In this document: positions 1 to 9,980 of the stretch, one piece after another | How positions within the stretch are numbered: position 1 is the stretch's first letter | How the letters are laid out: each line of letters starts with the position of its first letter | NCBI RefSeq assembly: GCF_001194135.2 | Contig: NC_069004.1 | Coordinates: 21,377,788-21,411,120 of the forward strand | DNA: 33,333 nucleotides | DNA from: Octopus bimaculoides | Lineage: Eukaryota | Direction: 5' to 3' | The notes under the pieces: generated by a model | What the model was told of the DNA's origin: nothing | The model's input: the letters and a program-made list of their open reading frames with translations, nothing else | Database searches by the model: none | Program-made: the position numbers and the translations under genes

Positions 1-280
1 TATACATATATATATATTTAAAAAAAACACATTCCACTGTGAAAATCCAAAATGACATTTCATACCTTCTTGCAAAATATCTTACGTCATAGAAATTTGC
101 ACTATATACCCGCTGACCTTTTCCGTCTAAGCAAGGATATGTAGTTAAGAAGTTCACTTTGCATTCACGTGATTCTGGGTTTGATCTGGTACCGTGGATT
201 CGTGGGCAAGAATCTTCAACCTTGGGTTTAATAATACCTTGTAAATGAAATATAGTGGACAGAAATTTTGCAGAATCTCG

Positions 281-306
281 GTGTATGTGTGTGTGTGTGT
301 GTGTGT
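281..306. repeat. (GT)n microsatellite
   Basis: Direct reading. Confidence 0.95.
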
Positions 307-624
307 TATATTCTTAAAATGTTGGATAATTATAATGCCCACTTCGGTATACTTAGTAAAGCCAGTAAGACACGACTATCTCTGACCTCCTATTATGTAC
401 TCTGGTACTTCACGTACTTCTCTTTACTTATAGTGCCTAAGTTATTCCATTCGTCACGTGGGAGGGGTGTACCATTATTACTAATTCCCTACAACAGTGT
501 GTGTGTGTCTCCTTTTGAGGTAACGTATGGGTTGATATCATCGTCTTCATTGATCACCAGTTGATGAACATAATTTCGGTCATATTCTGTTTTCTTCTTT
601 ATTTCTTTTTCTTCTTTATTTCTT

Positions 625-688
625 TTTCTTCTTCTTCTTCTTCTTCTTCTTCTTCTTCTTCTTCTTCTTCTTCTTCTTCTTCTTCTTC
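625..688. repeat. (CTT)n microsatellite
   Basis: About 21 CTT units read directly. Confidence 0.95.
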
Positions 689-746
689 ATTCACTTATTG
701 GCAGTTGCTAGGTCACCGTCAAATTTGATGGACAGGCTATAATATT

Positions 747-1150
747 AGAAGCAAGTGTGGCTGTGTGGTAAGAAGTTTACTTCCCAACCACATGGTTGTA
801 GGTTCAGTCCCACAGTGTGACACCCTGGACAAGTGTATACTACTATAGTCTCGCGCTGATATAAGCCTTGTGAGTGGATTTGGTAGACGGGAAATGAAAT
901 AAGCGTATATGTACATATATCTATGTGTGTATCATGTATGTGTTTGTCCTCCATCATTGCTTGACAACTGGTGTTGGTGTGTTTGTGTCCCCGTAACATA
1001 GCGATTCGGCAAAATAGACAGATAAAATAAGTATCAGGCTTAACAAAAAATTATAAGTATTGGGGTCGATTTGTTCGACTAAAATTCTTCAAGGCGGTGC
1101 CCCAGCATGGCCGCAGTCTAATGACTGAAACAAATAAAAGATAAAAGATA
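747..1150 (+). mobile_element. tRNA-derived SINE, family A, near full length, diverged
   Basis: A-box-like TGGCTGTGTGG, B-box-like GGTTCAGTCCC, internal TA/TG tract and 3' CCAGCATGGCCGCAGTCTAATGACTGAAAC plus an A-rich tail. Aligns by eye to the 12583-13023 copy. Confidence 0.9.
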
Positions 1151-1370
1151 GAATATTACAAAGACATGGATTGGATTGATGAATGGTTTTCCGTCTGTTT
1201 CGACGAAGGAGTTTCAGTTGTTCGAACAACTGAATTAACTGCTCATAAATTAGAGATTAAGTGGTTGAGTATTCCACAGATACGTGTACAATTAACTCAA
1301 AATCAGCGTGACATAGCCAAATGGCTGCACAATTTGATTAACTGGATATATGTAAAATATTGATTTCAAA

Positions 1371-1716
1371 CACCTTGGACAAGTGTCTTCTACTTTAGTC
1401 TTGGGTCGACCAAAGTCTTGTAAGTGGATTTGGTAGACGGAAATTGAAAGAAGCTTGCCGAATATATGTATGTGTGTGTGTGTGTACGTGCGTGTGTGTG
1501 CGTTTATCAGTGAGCGTGTGTCTTTGTGTCTCTGTTTGCACCCTTATCACCACTTAACAACCGGTGTTGGTTTGTTTACGTTCCCATAACATAGCGGTTC
1601 GGCAAAATAGAACGATAAAATAACTACCCTGGTATCAATTCGTTCGACTAAAAATAAAAACCTTCAAGGCAATGCTCCAGCATGGCCGCAGTCTAATGAC
1701 TGAAACAAGTAAAAAT
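1371..1716 (+). mobile_element. SINE family A, 5'-truncated
   Basis: Starts at CACCTTGGACAAGTGTCTTCTACT; same body and 3' end as the other copies. Confidence 0.9.
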
Positions 1717-1743
1717 ATTTTTTTAAACCGATGAAAGATAAAA

Positions 1744-1911
1744 CCAACAATTTCGGGTGAGGGAATAAGTCGATTACATCGACCCCACTTGCTCAACTGG
1801 TACTTTATTTTATCGACCCCGGAAGGATGAAATTCAAAGTGAACCTCGGCAGGATCTGAAGACAGACGAAATTCTACTAAGCATTTTGTCCGGCATGCTA
1901 ACGATTCAGCC
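1744..1911 (-). mobile_element. tRNA-derived SINE, family B, B-box region deleted
   Basis: Reverse complement matches the 9663-9877 and 28174-28367 copies (TTTCATCCTTCCGGGGTCGATAAAATAAAGTACCAG module). Confidence 0.8.
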
Positions 1912-2968
1912 TTAACATAAATGTAGAATATTGATATATGCAATATATTTGTCGTGAAGCCCAGAACCGAAACCTTACAGTTTTAGTAACTAGGATCAGA
2001 CCACACTTCTATCATGTGATGTGTCCTGAATACCAAACAATCTGCTTGCGGAAACATCACCCCATATTATAGAATATTCTACGATGTTTCCGCGTGAATA
2101 GGGTTATAAAAATGAAAGCTCATCAAAATCAGCACAAAGGTTCGAGATGATTCCAGGGAAGATAGACCAACACAGGATTCTGGACCCCTGCTCGAACAGG
2201 GTTTAAAAGAATCTTTTCGTCATAACTACTCTTCTCCAAGCACATAGCATGAGCACAATATTCTCATCTCTCTCGCCACACTAATAAGTAGCAAGCCAAT
2301 TTTTAGTCACAGACATGCCAGAGGTACACATAGAATGTACCAACAACATGTCCTTTAAACAGACACGTTTCCTTCGTTGCAGCTGAACCCTGGATTAAAG
2401 GAATTATCAACTATGAAGGGAGGTAATTTCCTACCTCGCACGCAAAACCATTCTTTTCTGTTATTAATGAACCACATTTGCTTCTAACACAACACAATAC
2501 ACCCTTGGTAAGCAGCTATGTAATTATGTAAATATTGTGATATACTTCTGTAGAAATAAATGTTACTGAAACAACGTTGAAGCTGGTTTTATTATGGGAA
2601 AGTATGCAGCCTAACATCATTTAAATATATCAACACCTATATCAGCCAGACCCACATATTCATATATGTAATCCACTGAATTGAAATACTTCAGTTAACT
2701 GAGATTATTCGTGCATTAAAAAGATAAATAAATTGCCTCTAGGGATTTAAAAAATCTAAAAATAAAAACCAAAGGAGATAACACCAATAAAAGCAAAATT
2801 TTCGGGAAATAAAGATTGATAGAGAGCGGAAAGGAATTGTTTTTAAAGCCAGTTGTTGAAAACAACTGTCATGTTTCGGTCTCATGAAACCTCTTCAGTG
2901 AAATACATTCTACTTTTTAACTTAGTGACAAGTCGACCCTAGAACTTCATTTTTAAGTCTGATACTTG

Positions 2969-3140
2969 TCTCTTTTGCCAAATCACTAAATTACGGGGTC
3001 ACAGACACAATGACACATACACAAACTCATATATATGAGAGGCTTCCACATAGTTTCTGTTTATCAAATTTATACACAAAGTATTGGTTGTCTCGGGGCT
3101 ATAGTAGAAGACACTAATCCAACGTGCTACACAGATGTGA
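2969..3140 (-). mobile_element. SINE family A, old degenerate fragment
   Basis: GGGGCTATAGTAGAAGACAC and GTCTCTTTTGCCAAATCACTAAATTACGGGG match the family A reverse strand. Confidence 0.65.
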
Positions 3141-3316
3141 CCTGCACCTAGGAAGCGATGCTAGTTTCGAATCCAAAATCAAACAGCGACCACGGATCTG
3201 AAGGCGTATCCACATTTTGCTGTCAGCATTCGGTCCGCCATATATCACACCAACTTGTAGATTCAATTTTTAAAGTTGTCGTTTAAGCTTTGTTTGTTAT
3301 ATTTGACTTTTAAGAC

Positions 3317-4014
3317 CAGTGGCGGCTTGTAGATAAAATTAGTGGAGTGCTGCTTCAGAAAATTTTTAGCTGTTGTTTTAATATTGTGTAAAAGGAAACA
3401 AACACATAAAAAGAAAATTTATACATAAACTTAATCGGTTCGCGTTTTAGCCACTGTCGGGTAGTGTGTTTAATTTGTTCACTGAACACTGCCGCGAATT
3501 CAACCTACCTTGTTTTTAAAAAAACCTCGCCAAATGATAATAAGTGGGGAGGGAATGTGCCCTATTTTTCAAATGCTGGCAGCAACACTGAAGCTGGAAG
3601 CAGGATAATGATCTAATTCTGCACTTTATCACATTCAAGAACATAAACACGTTTTTAAACACAACACACGCAGAGTCAAAAACAAAAACAACCTTTCACC
3701 CGGCACTGTCGTTCACGCAGTACTCTCTCTGTTGTGTGAAGTTTCCTATCTCGGACATATGAGCATGCGCACAACAGCCAAATACCGCGTTGCTGGAACT
3801 GTGAAGCGCACTGTTCTATACAAGGATTTTTGTAATTTTTTTTTCATAAACTAGGGGATGGCTATTGACATTAAGCTTAATGATTATATAATGTACAAGT
3901 ATAAAGAAAGAATTAAAGAAAAAAAAGGACTTATTACATTGAATGTTATCGATAATATCGAGTGGAAATCGGGGTTGGTGCAGTTCTGCAGTTCCTATAC
4001 ACAAGCCGCCATTG
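3317..4014. mobile_element. Non-autonomous hAT-type DNA transposon (MITE), 698 bp
   Basis: TIRs CAGTGGCGGCTTGT (3317-3330) and ACAAGCCGCCATTG (4001-4014) match at 13 of 14 positions. Identical 8-bp TSD TTTAAGAC at 3309-3316 and 4015-4022. An 8-bp TSD with CAG termini is typical of hAT. Confidence 0.85.
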
Positions 4015-5529
4015 TTTAAGACTGATATATCCTTTTTATTAACTATGAACAGGAGTGGAACAAATATTTCTCTTTTTATATATGCGAAACAATTTCCAGT
4101 AAATGAAGCAGACTTCCATATTTAAGTTTCACTTTAAACTTTCACTTTCTATACTTCATTTTCACTCCGTAAACAGGGAATTATTTCAGTTTCGATTGAG
4201 ATGAATATAAGAGTAGGAGGTTACAACAATGTCAATTGATGAAAAGAGACATTGCACGAGTGATAAGGAATATATCCGTCATAGCTTATAAACTCCTGAG
4301 CAAAATATTAGCAAATCGAGAAACTAAAAGATCAATTATTAATGCAATGGCACATGTAACTATAGATATATGTTTAATTATTAAGAACTTAGAATATAAC
4401 TAATTTTATGAATTAAGAAGAAATAAGACTGAAATTCTGCAAAAATGTAAACCGCTGTCATAGAAGCAAAGTAATGCCGATTTTTTTTCAGTTACGGGGG
4501 TTTATATGCCTTAATATTAAGACTATTTCCTATATTCAACTAACAAACGCACCCGTCCTTTGGATGGTTTAAGTTGCTTTGGTGGTATTTTTTTCACCAA
4601 ATATTTGAACTTCCTAGAAGGTTTATGAGTAGCACGGCAGTCTATGTTTCCGATTAACTTTGGAACGGAAAATCAAATTGAAGGCTGGTTATTGTGGAGG
4701 TCATTGCGCTTTAATGATCATAGAACATATAAGTTTGCAAGCGATGCAAAGTAGAGCTACTGAAGCGTTTTGGGAGTAGATTACGGACAATGACTACAAA
4801 ATATAGTTGTTTTGCGTGAAAGCGAAATTTCTTGTCAGAAACAGCCACATAAATGGTGTAAGAAAATTGAAGGAAGACGTTGAAACTTCCCCTCTGCGTG
4901 TTTATTTTATTCAACAGCACAGAGAACTATTTTTTCGGAGAGAAGTATGATTGGTACGTTCAAAAATGGCATACGTGCTTACAGTGTACGACCACTCTGA
5001 AATTGACTTCAGGTAACGAAAACTGAAGACAGAAAGAGTTTGACTTCAGTTCACGAGTACTACTTTGAATCTTTAGCAGTTCGCAGTGAAAAGATGTCGC
5101 GTTCGAAATATCATAATGAATGGGTAAATAAGTGAAACAACGCATTAGTAGGTAAACAAAGGTATCAACAAATAGAAGAGAGGAAAGGAAAGATCATGTT
5201 TCAAGTAACTCAGAATAAGTAAAGGTAAGCTTGCCAAAGTTTAATGCAGTTTAAATATAGAGATTAAGATTGTTTGGTATTGGATATTCACCGCGTACAG
5301 TGTTCCTAGTCAATTTAATCACCGTCGCAGGCGGACAGTCGAAATCAATAAATAAACAAATAAATCATTTCACTTTTATAATATTATCTAACCAAATAAT
5401 AATACACTATTGCAACATATAAATAAATAATAAATAAATAAATGTGAAAACTACTTAAAAATATTTTCTAATGCCAATATATGACCATATAAGATTTTAA
5501 AAGTATGGAAGTCCCTACATACAAAAAAA

Positions 5530-5748
5530 ATTATGTACTTACAACGAATTAGAGGAAAAACCCGTGTAAACCACCATTTTTCCTGGTTTGTCCATTTATG
5601 CAGGAGCTCTGGCCAAAATGTTATGGTGCATGACCATCATTGGGACATAATTAATGTGTGTAAAGTTTGGTGAAAATCGATTGAGAATTGTAGAAATGCA
5701 TGCATTAGTCAATATGCATACACATACTGTAATTTATATATAGTAGAG
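5530..5748 (+). mobile_element. Possible non-autonomous Helitron/Helentron-like 3' portion
   Basis: GTGTAAAGTTTGGTGAAAATCGATTGAG followed by a CATACACATAC tract and a TTTATATATAGTAGA end resembles such elements. Motif recall only. Confidence 0.35.
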
Positions 5749-5915
5749 TATACGGTGGAGGCTCATAATTCTATTTACAACATTTCACTCGCTACCGTTT
5801 CCTAATTCATGCAGGATTCGCATGTTTACGTATTTACCGCCATAAAAATCATAATCCCTAAATTTAACAGAAAAAAGGCGTGGGTATATTCTATTATTCT
5901 TTTGAATATGTTGAT

Positions 5916-5919
<4 letters not shown>

Positions 5920-5963
<44 letters not shown>
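5920..5963. repeat. (TA)n microsatellite
   Basis: Direct reading. Confidence 0.95.
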
Positions 5964-5966
<3 letters not shown>

Positions 5967-6327
5967 GTGAAATGGATACAGAAAATGAAACAACTTGCAT
6001 TGCGGGATAATTCTCTTCATCAACTACCATCGGGAAGTAATACCATCTTGACATCTTCCGACAGTCTCACGCCCTCTAACGGTGCTGAACAACATGACTG
6101 CTATTAAAGAATGACTAAAGTCTCTGAAACGGTGCGTCCCCGAGGAAAACGAATTTGGCTTTTGAAATCTGCGTTCCAATGAGAAAGTTGTCCGTAAATA
6201 ATAAAACATATATAATTTTCTACGAGAAATAACTCAACTTTACAGTTCTATATTTAAGAGATGAGGAATTATGTAGATTATTTACATTATTTACATTTGA
6301 CGGATATTTGCCATCTTGTTTGTTGTT

Positions 6328-6373
6328 AACACAACGTTTCGGCTGATATACCCTCCAGCCTTCACTAGGTGTC
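6328..6373 (-). ncRNA. Degenerate minimal type I hammerhead ribozyme motif
   Basis: Minus strand: GACAC CTAGTGA A GGCTG-loop-CAGCC GAAAC GTT GTGTT. Helix I, helix II and GAAAC are intact; the core reads CUAGUGA rather than CUGAUGA. Confidence 0.6.
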
Positions 6374-6420
6374 TTGGGGAAATTTCGAACCTGGGTTCTC
6401 AGTCCTAAGGTATTTTTCGA

Positions 6421-6458
<38 letters not shown>

Positions 6459-6460
6459 TT

Positions 6461-6986
6461 ATTCAGGAGTTTTATTTTTATAGCGTGCTTTCACTTCACT
6501 ACCGGACGCAGCTCTGTGTGCCTTGGGTATGTGCTGTGGTTTGCTGTGATGCTCTTATGCTTACTGTATTGAAAGTGTTTTGCGTAGGATGTGTGTTGTG
6601 CTGAGTAGTGCAATTTTCTGTATACTATATATACTTGTAAATCCTAGTGCTTTTGTTATGTATTTGTCTGAATATTTTTTTATCATACCTAATGCACCCA
6701 CTATGATAGGGATTGTTTCTGTTTTTAGATTCCACATTCGAGTTACCTCTATTTCCAGGTCTTTGTATTTTGAAAGTTTCTCCATTTCTTTTAGAGAAAC
6801 GTTGTCACCTGCTGGTATTGATACATCAATTAGAGAGCATTTTTTCCTTCATGATCTCTGACAACTATATCTGGCCTATTGGCCACTATATCTGGCCTTT
6901 TGGCAACTATATCTGGCCTATTGGCTTACTATATCTGGCCTATTGGCTTACGATATATGGCCTATTGGCAACTATATCTGGCCTAT
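6461..6986 (-). mobile_element. 5'-truncated R4/Dong-type non-LTR retrotransposon (RLE C-terminus and 3' UTR)
   Basis: Translates (one frameshift) as NRPDIVVRDH..CSLIDVSIPAGDNVSLKEMEKLSKYKDLEIEVTRMW..IPIIVGALG..QKIALLSTTHILRKTL, a PD-(D/E)XK endonuclease. It ends in (AAT)n. Confidence 0.85.
6863..6986. repeat. 21-22 bp tandem repeat, about 5.8 copies, derived from the LINE RPD codons
   Basis: Unit AACTATATCTGGCCTATTGGC; its reverse complement encodes ANRPDIV. Confidence 0.9.
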
Positions 6987-7185
6987 ATTATTATTATTAT
7001 TCAGGTCACTGCCTGGAACCGAACTCGTAATCTTGGGGTTAGTAGCCCCGAAACGTTGTGTTAACAACAAACAAGATCAGGACAAATATGCATCAAATGT
7101 AATGAACTCAACTTTAGATTGACAGATTTCTTTCTGTCACCATACGGCTCTCTCTCTTTTATGTTTTTCCCATATTCTTTATTAC

Positions 7186-7187
7186 TC

Positions 7188-7231
<44 letters not shown>

Positions 7232-7235
7232 TTTA

Positions 7236-7276
<41 letters not shown>

Positions 7277-7277
7277 N
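7186..7277. repeat. Compound (TCTG)n(TCTA)n(TC)n microsatellite running into a gap
   Basis: Direct reading. Confidence 0.9.
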
Positions 7278-7724
7278 NNNNNNNNNNNNNNNNNNNNNNN
7301 NNNNNNNNNNNNNNNNNNNNNNNNNNNNNNNNNNNNNNNNNNNNNNNNNNNNNNNNNNNNNNNNNNNNNNNNNNNNNNNNNNNNNNNNNNNNNNNNNNNN
7401 NNNNNNNNNNNNNNNNNATATATATATATATATATATATATAAAGACAAAATAGAGTGAAAAAACTTCAGACGTGTTATATGGTTAAAGAATATATTTAA
7501 ATCGTTGTGTTAGAAAAATGTTATAAAATTGTGCGTATAGTAACATTGCTTTTGGAGAAATAACTGGTTTCGTATTTTCTTTTCAAATTTCTTTACCTAT
7601 ATTGTGTCATGTCTTCGCTATGTTGTGAACTATGGAGTTCCAGACAGGTATAAGAGAGATAATCAAAAATGTTGGGAATGACTAGACTTTATTGATTTAA
7701 CATGATTTGGTTTAGAAGGAATAG

Positions 7725-7849
7725 AATGTTACAAGTGGTTAGGTTTTGCTTTATATTTTTTTCAATGAGGTGAGTTTCCTTATTTAAAAATGTTAGAAAT
7801 GGTTAAGCTTTGGCTTATATTTTTCAATGAAGTAGGTTTCCTTATTTAA
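7725..7849. repeat. Two-copy tandem duplication, period about 64 bp
   Basis: Units start at 7725 and 7789 (AATGTTA...TTTCAATGA...GTTTCCTTATTTAA). Confidence 0.8.
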
Positions 7850-7940
7850 TCTAACTTGTGTTGGTGTTCAATGGTATATTGATAGAATTGAAAGATTACA
7901 AATTGTGGTGGCAGATTTCTCCTAAAACAATGTTACTATA

Positions 7941-8286
7941 TACTCTTTTACTCTTTAATTTGTTTCAGTCATTTGACTGCGGCCATGCTGGAGCACCGCC
8001 TTTAATCGAGCAAATCGACCCCAGAACTTATTCTTTGTAAACCGAGTACTTATTCTATCGGTCTTTTTTGCCGAACCGCTAAGTTACGGAGACGTAATCA
8101 CACCAGCATCGGTTGTCAAGCGATGTTGGGGGGACAAACACACACATATATATATACATATATACCACGGGCTTTTTTCAGTTTCCGTCAACCAAATCCA
8201 CTCACAAGGCTTTGGTCGGCCCGAGGCTATAGTAGAACCATGTGGTTGGTAAGCAAGCTACTTACCACACAGCCACTCCTGTGCCT
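7941..8286 (-). mobile_element. SINE family A with internal deletion removing the B-box
   Basis: Reverse complement of 12583-13023 apart from about 40 bp lost at GTAGAA|CCATG (8237). Confidence 0.9.
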
Positions 8287-8490
8287 TTATAACATTTTTC
8301 TAACATAACGATTTAAATATATTCTTTAACCATATAACACAAGCCTTCTGTAGTTTTTTCACTCTATTTTGTCTTTTATACATCCAACCACGTGCTTTGA
8401 CATACCAACTCTCTCACCTATGTGTGTGTGTGTGTGTGTGCGTGTGTGTTAATTGTCACGCATGCTGCTCCCCCTCTCTCTTCATATGAC

Positions 8491-8563
8491 ATTTGCTCGA
8501 CTTAAGGCGGTACTCCAGCATGGCCGCAGTCAAATGACTGAAACAAGTAAAAGAATAAAAGAA
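8491..8563 (+). mobile_element. SINE family A 3' fragment
   Basis: ATTTGCTCGACTTAAGGCGGTACTCCAGCATGGCCGCAGTCAAATGACTGAAACAAG plus tail. Confidence 0.9.
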
Positions 8564-8904
8564 TATATATATATATATATATAATTATTAATAAGGAGTG
8601 TGGAGCGAGCAAATTCTTTTGTTACATAAATTTACAATTGTTTCACCGGCATTCGAACTCAAGTGTGTTGCTGTATCATTATATAATATACACAACTATA
8701 GACTCAAAGTGTATCACTAAGTCGATACAATCGAAAACCAATTCATCAGTAAATGGCTGAACAGAATTATACAACATTTTATTGAGTACATATGCATATA
8801 CAATGAATTTGAAAGGAGTATACTTCTGAATATACGAACAATTAAATTGGAATATTCTCCTTTTGGAAAAAAAAAATGAAATATACATGCTGATGCACAA
8901 CGTT

Positions 8905-9233
8905 ATGCATGCATGTATGCATACATACATACATACATACACGCATACATACATACATACATACATACATACAACAGGATACATAACAACCGGTTTGGAG
9001 CAAAGTATGGCTGAACATGGGATCTTGGGGAAAGAATGCAAATCCTTAATTTATATGCTACAAAAGATCACTATCTATACACTCACACACACATACATAT
9101 ATACATACAAACATACATGCACACACACATATATACATAGTACTACATACGTTGTACGTATGCTTGTGTGTATGTGTATGTATGTATGTATGCATGCATG
9201 TATGTATGTATGCATATATGTATGTATGTATGC

Positions 9234-9266
<33 letters not shown>

Positions 9267-9284
9267 TGTATGTATGTATGTATA
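8905..9284. repeat. (CATA)n and (TATG)n microsatellite cluster
   Basis: Tracts at about 8919-8972 and 9166-9284. Confidence 0.9.
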
Positions 9285-9662
9285 GAGTTTACAGATATAC
9301 AATGGAATATTCTATGATTTTGATAATCTGACTGTCAATTACCATGAATGCAAGAATGGAGAATTATAATTTTATTGCTTTGCATTTTTAATTTTCCGAA
9401 TTTCAACTTCATATTTTCATGGATTAGCACGGGAATTTTTATTCGGGTGTAGATGCATAAAAATTCCTTTTACAATTTTCTTCCTCCCATTGGTCTGTGA
9501 TAATTACTTTCTCGTCGTCTGTCTTGCGCGTCAGTATATATCTTGGCGTCTATGTTCGTGTGTAAATGTGGCCACTGCATTGAGTAGTGGCTGACACTTG
9601 AGAGACCTTTCTTTGGGCAAATTTACGGATTGCTTTTCCATCTTGCAGACGTACAAAAGAGT

Positions 9663-9877
9663 AATTGGTTTCAAATTTTGGTACAAGGCCAGCAATTCCG
9701 AGTGATGGACTAAGCCGATTAGATCAACCCCAGTGCACAACTGGTACTATTTTATTAACCCCGAAAGAATGAAAAACAAAGTCGACCTCAGTAGGATTTG
9801 AACTTTGAACGTAAAAACGGTCGAAATGCCGCTAAACATTTTGCTCGGAGAGCTAACGATTCTGCCAGCTCGCCCCT
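9663..9877 (-). mobile_element. SINE family B, full length
   Basis: Minus strand begins GGCGAGCTGGCAGAATCGTTAGC, has B-box-like AAGTTCAAATCC and the central TTTCGGGGTTAATAAAATAGTACCAG module, and ends CCAAAATTTGAAACCAAT. Confidence 0.85.
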
Positions 9878-9883
9878 TTTAAT

Positions 9884-9980
9884 AAAATATGGAGCGCTTC
9901 ACAAGTATGCGTGTCACCCTTGCGCAGTAACCCTGCTAGTCTTCTTTGTATCGTTCGAATTTTAGTATATCTACAACCGA
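9884..9980 (-). pseudogene. U6: U6 snRNA-derived retropseudogene lacking the first ~9 nt
   Basis: Reverse complement aligns without gaps to the human U6 sequence as recalled, from TCGG to ATATTTT, with 16 mismatches in 97 nt by hand count. The ACAGAGA box is mutated to ACAAAGA and the 5' stem is broken. Confidence 0.92.

Larger units (their letters stand above)
6243..7104 (-). mobile_element. SINE family C (tRNA head, (AAT)n, hammerhead-like tail) with nested LINE and inverted tail copy
   Basis: 6243-6460 and 6987-7050 are the reverse complement of the 15650-15944 copy. 7049-7104 is a plus-strand duplicate of the tail. The whole unit is flanked by a 12-bp direct repeat AACTCAACTTTA (6231-6242, 7105-7116). 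Confidence 0.85.

Noticed and set aside
3448-3456. TAGCCACTG as the right TIR of the hAT element
   Set aside because: A better TIR with an exact TSD is at 4001-4022.
6863-6986. CRISPR-like array
   Set aside because: Contiguous units without spacers, eukaryotic context, and explained by LINE sequence.
8679-8870. Stop-free ~63-codon minus-strand stretch
   Set aside because: No recognisable motif, weak splice sites and background composition.
9432-9467. 11-bp inverted repeat GGAATTTTTAT/ATAAAAATTCC
   Set aside because: AT-rich and low complexity; plausible by chance.
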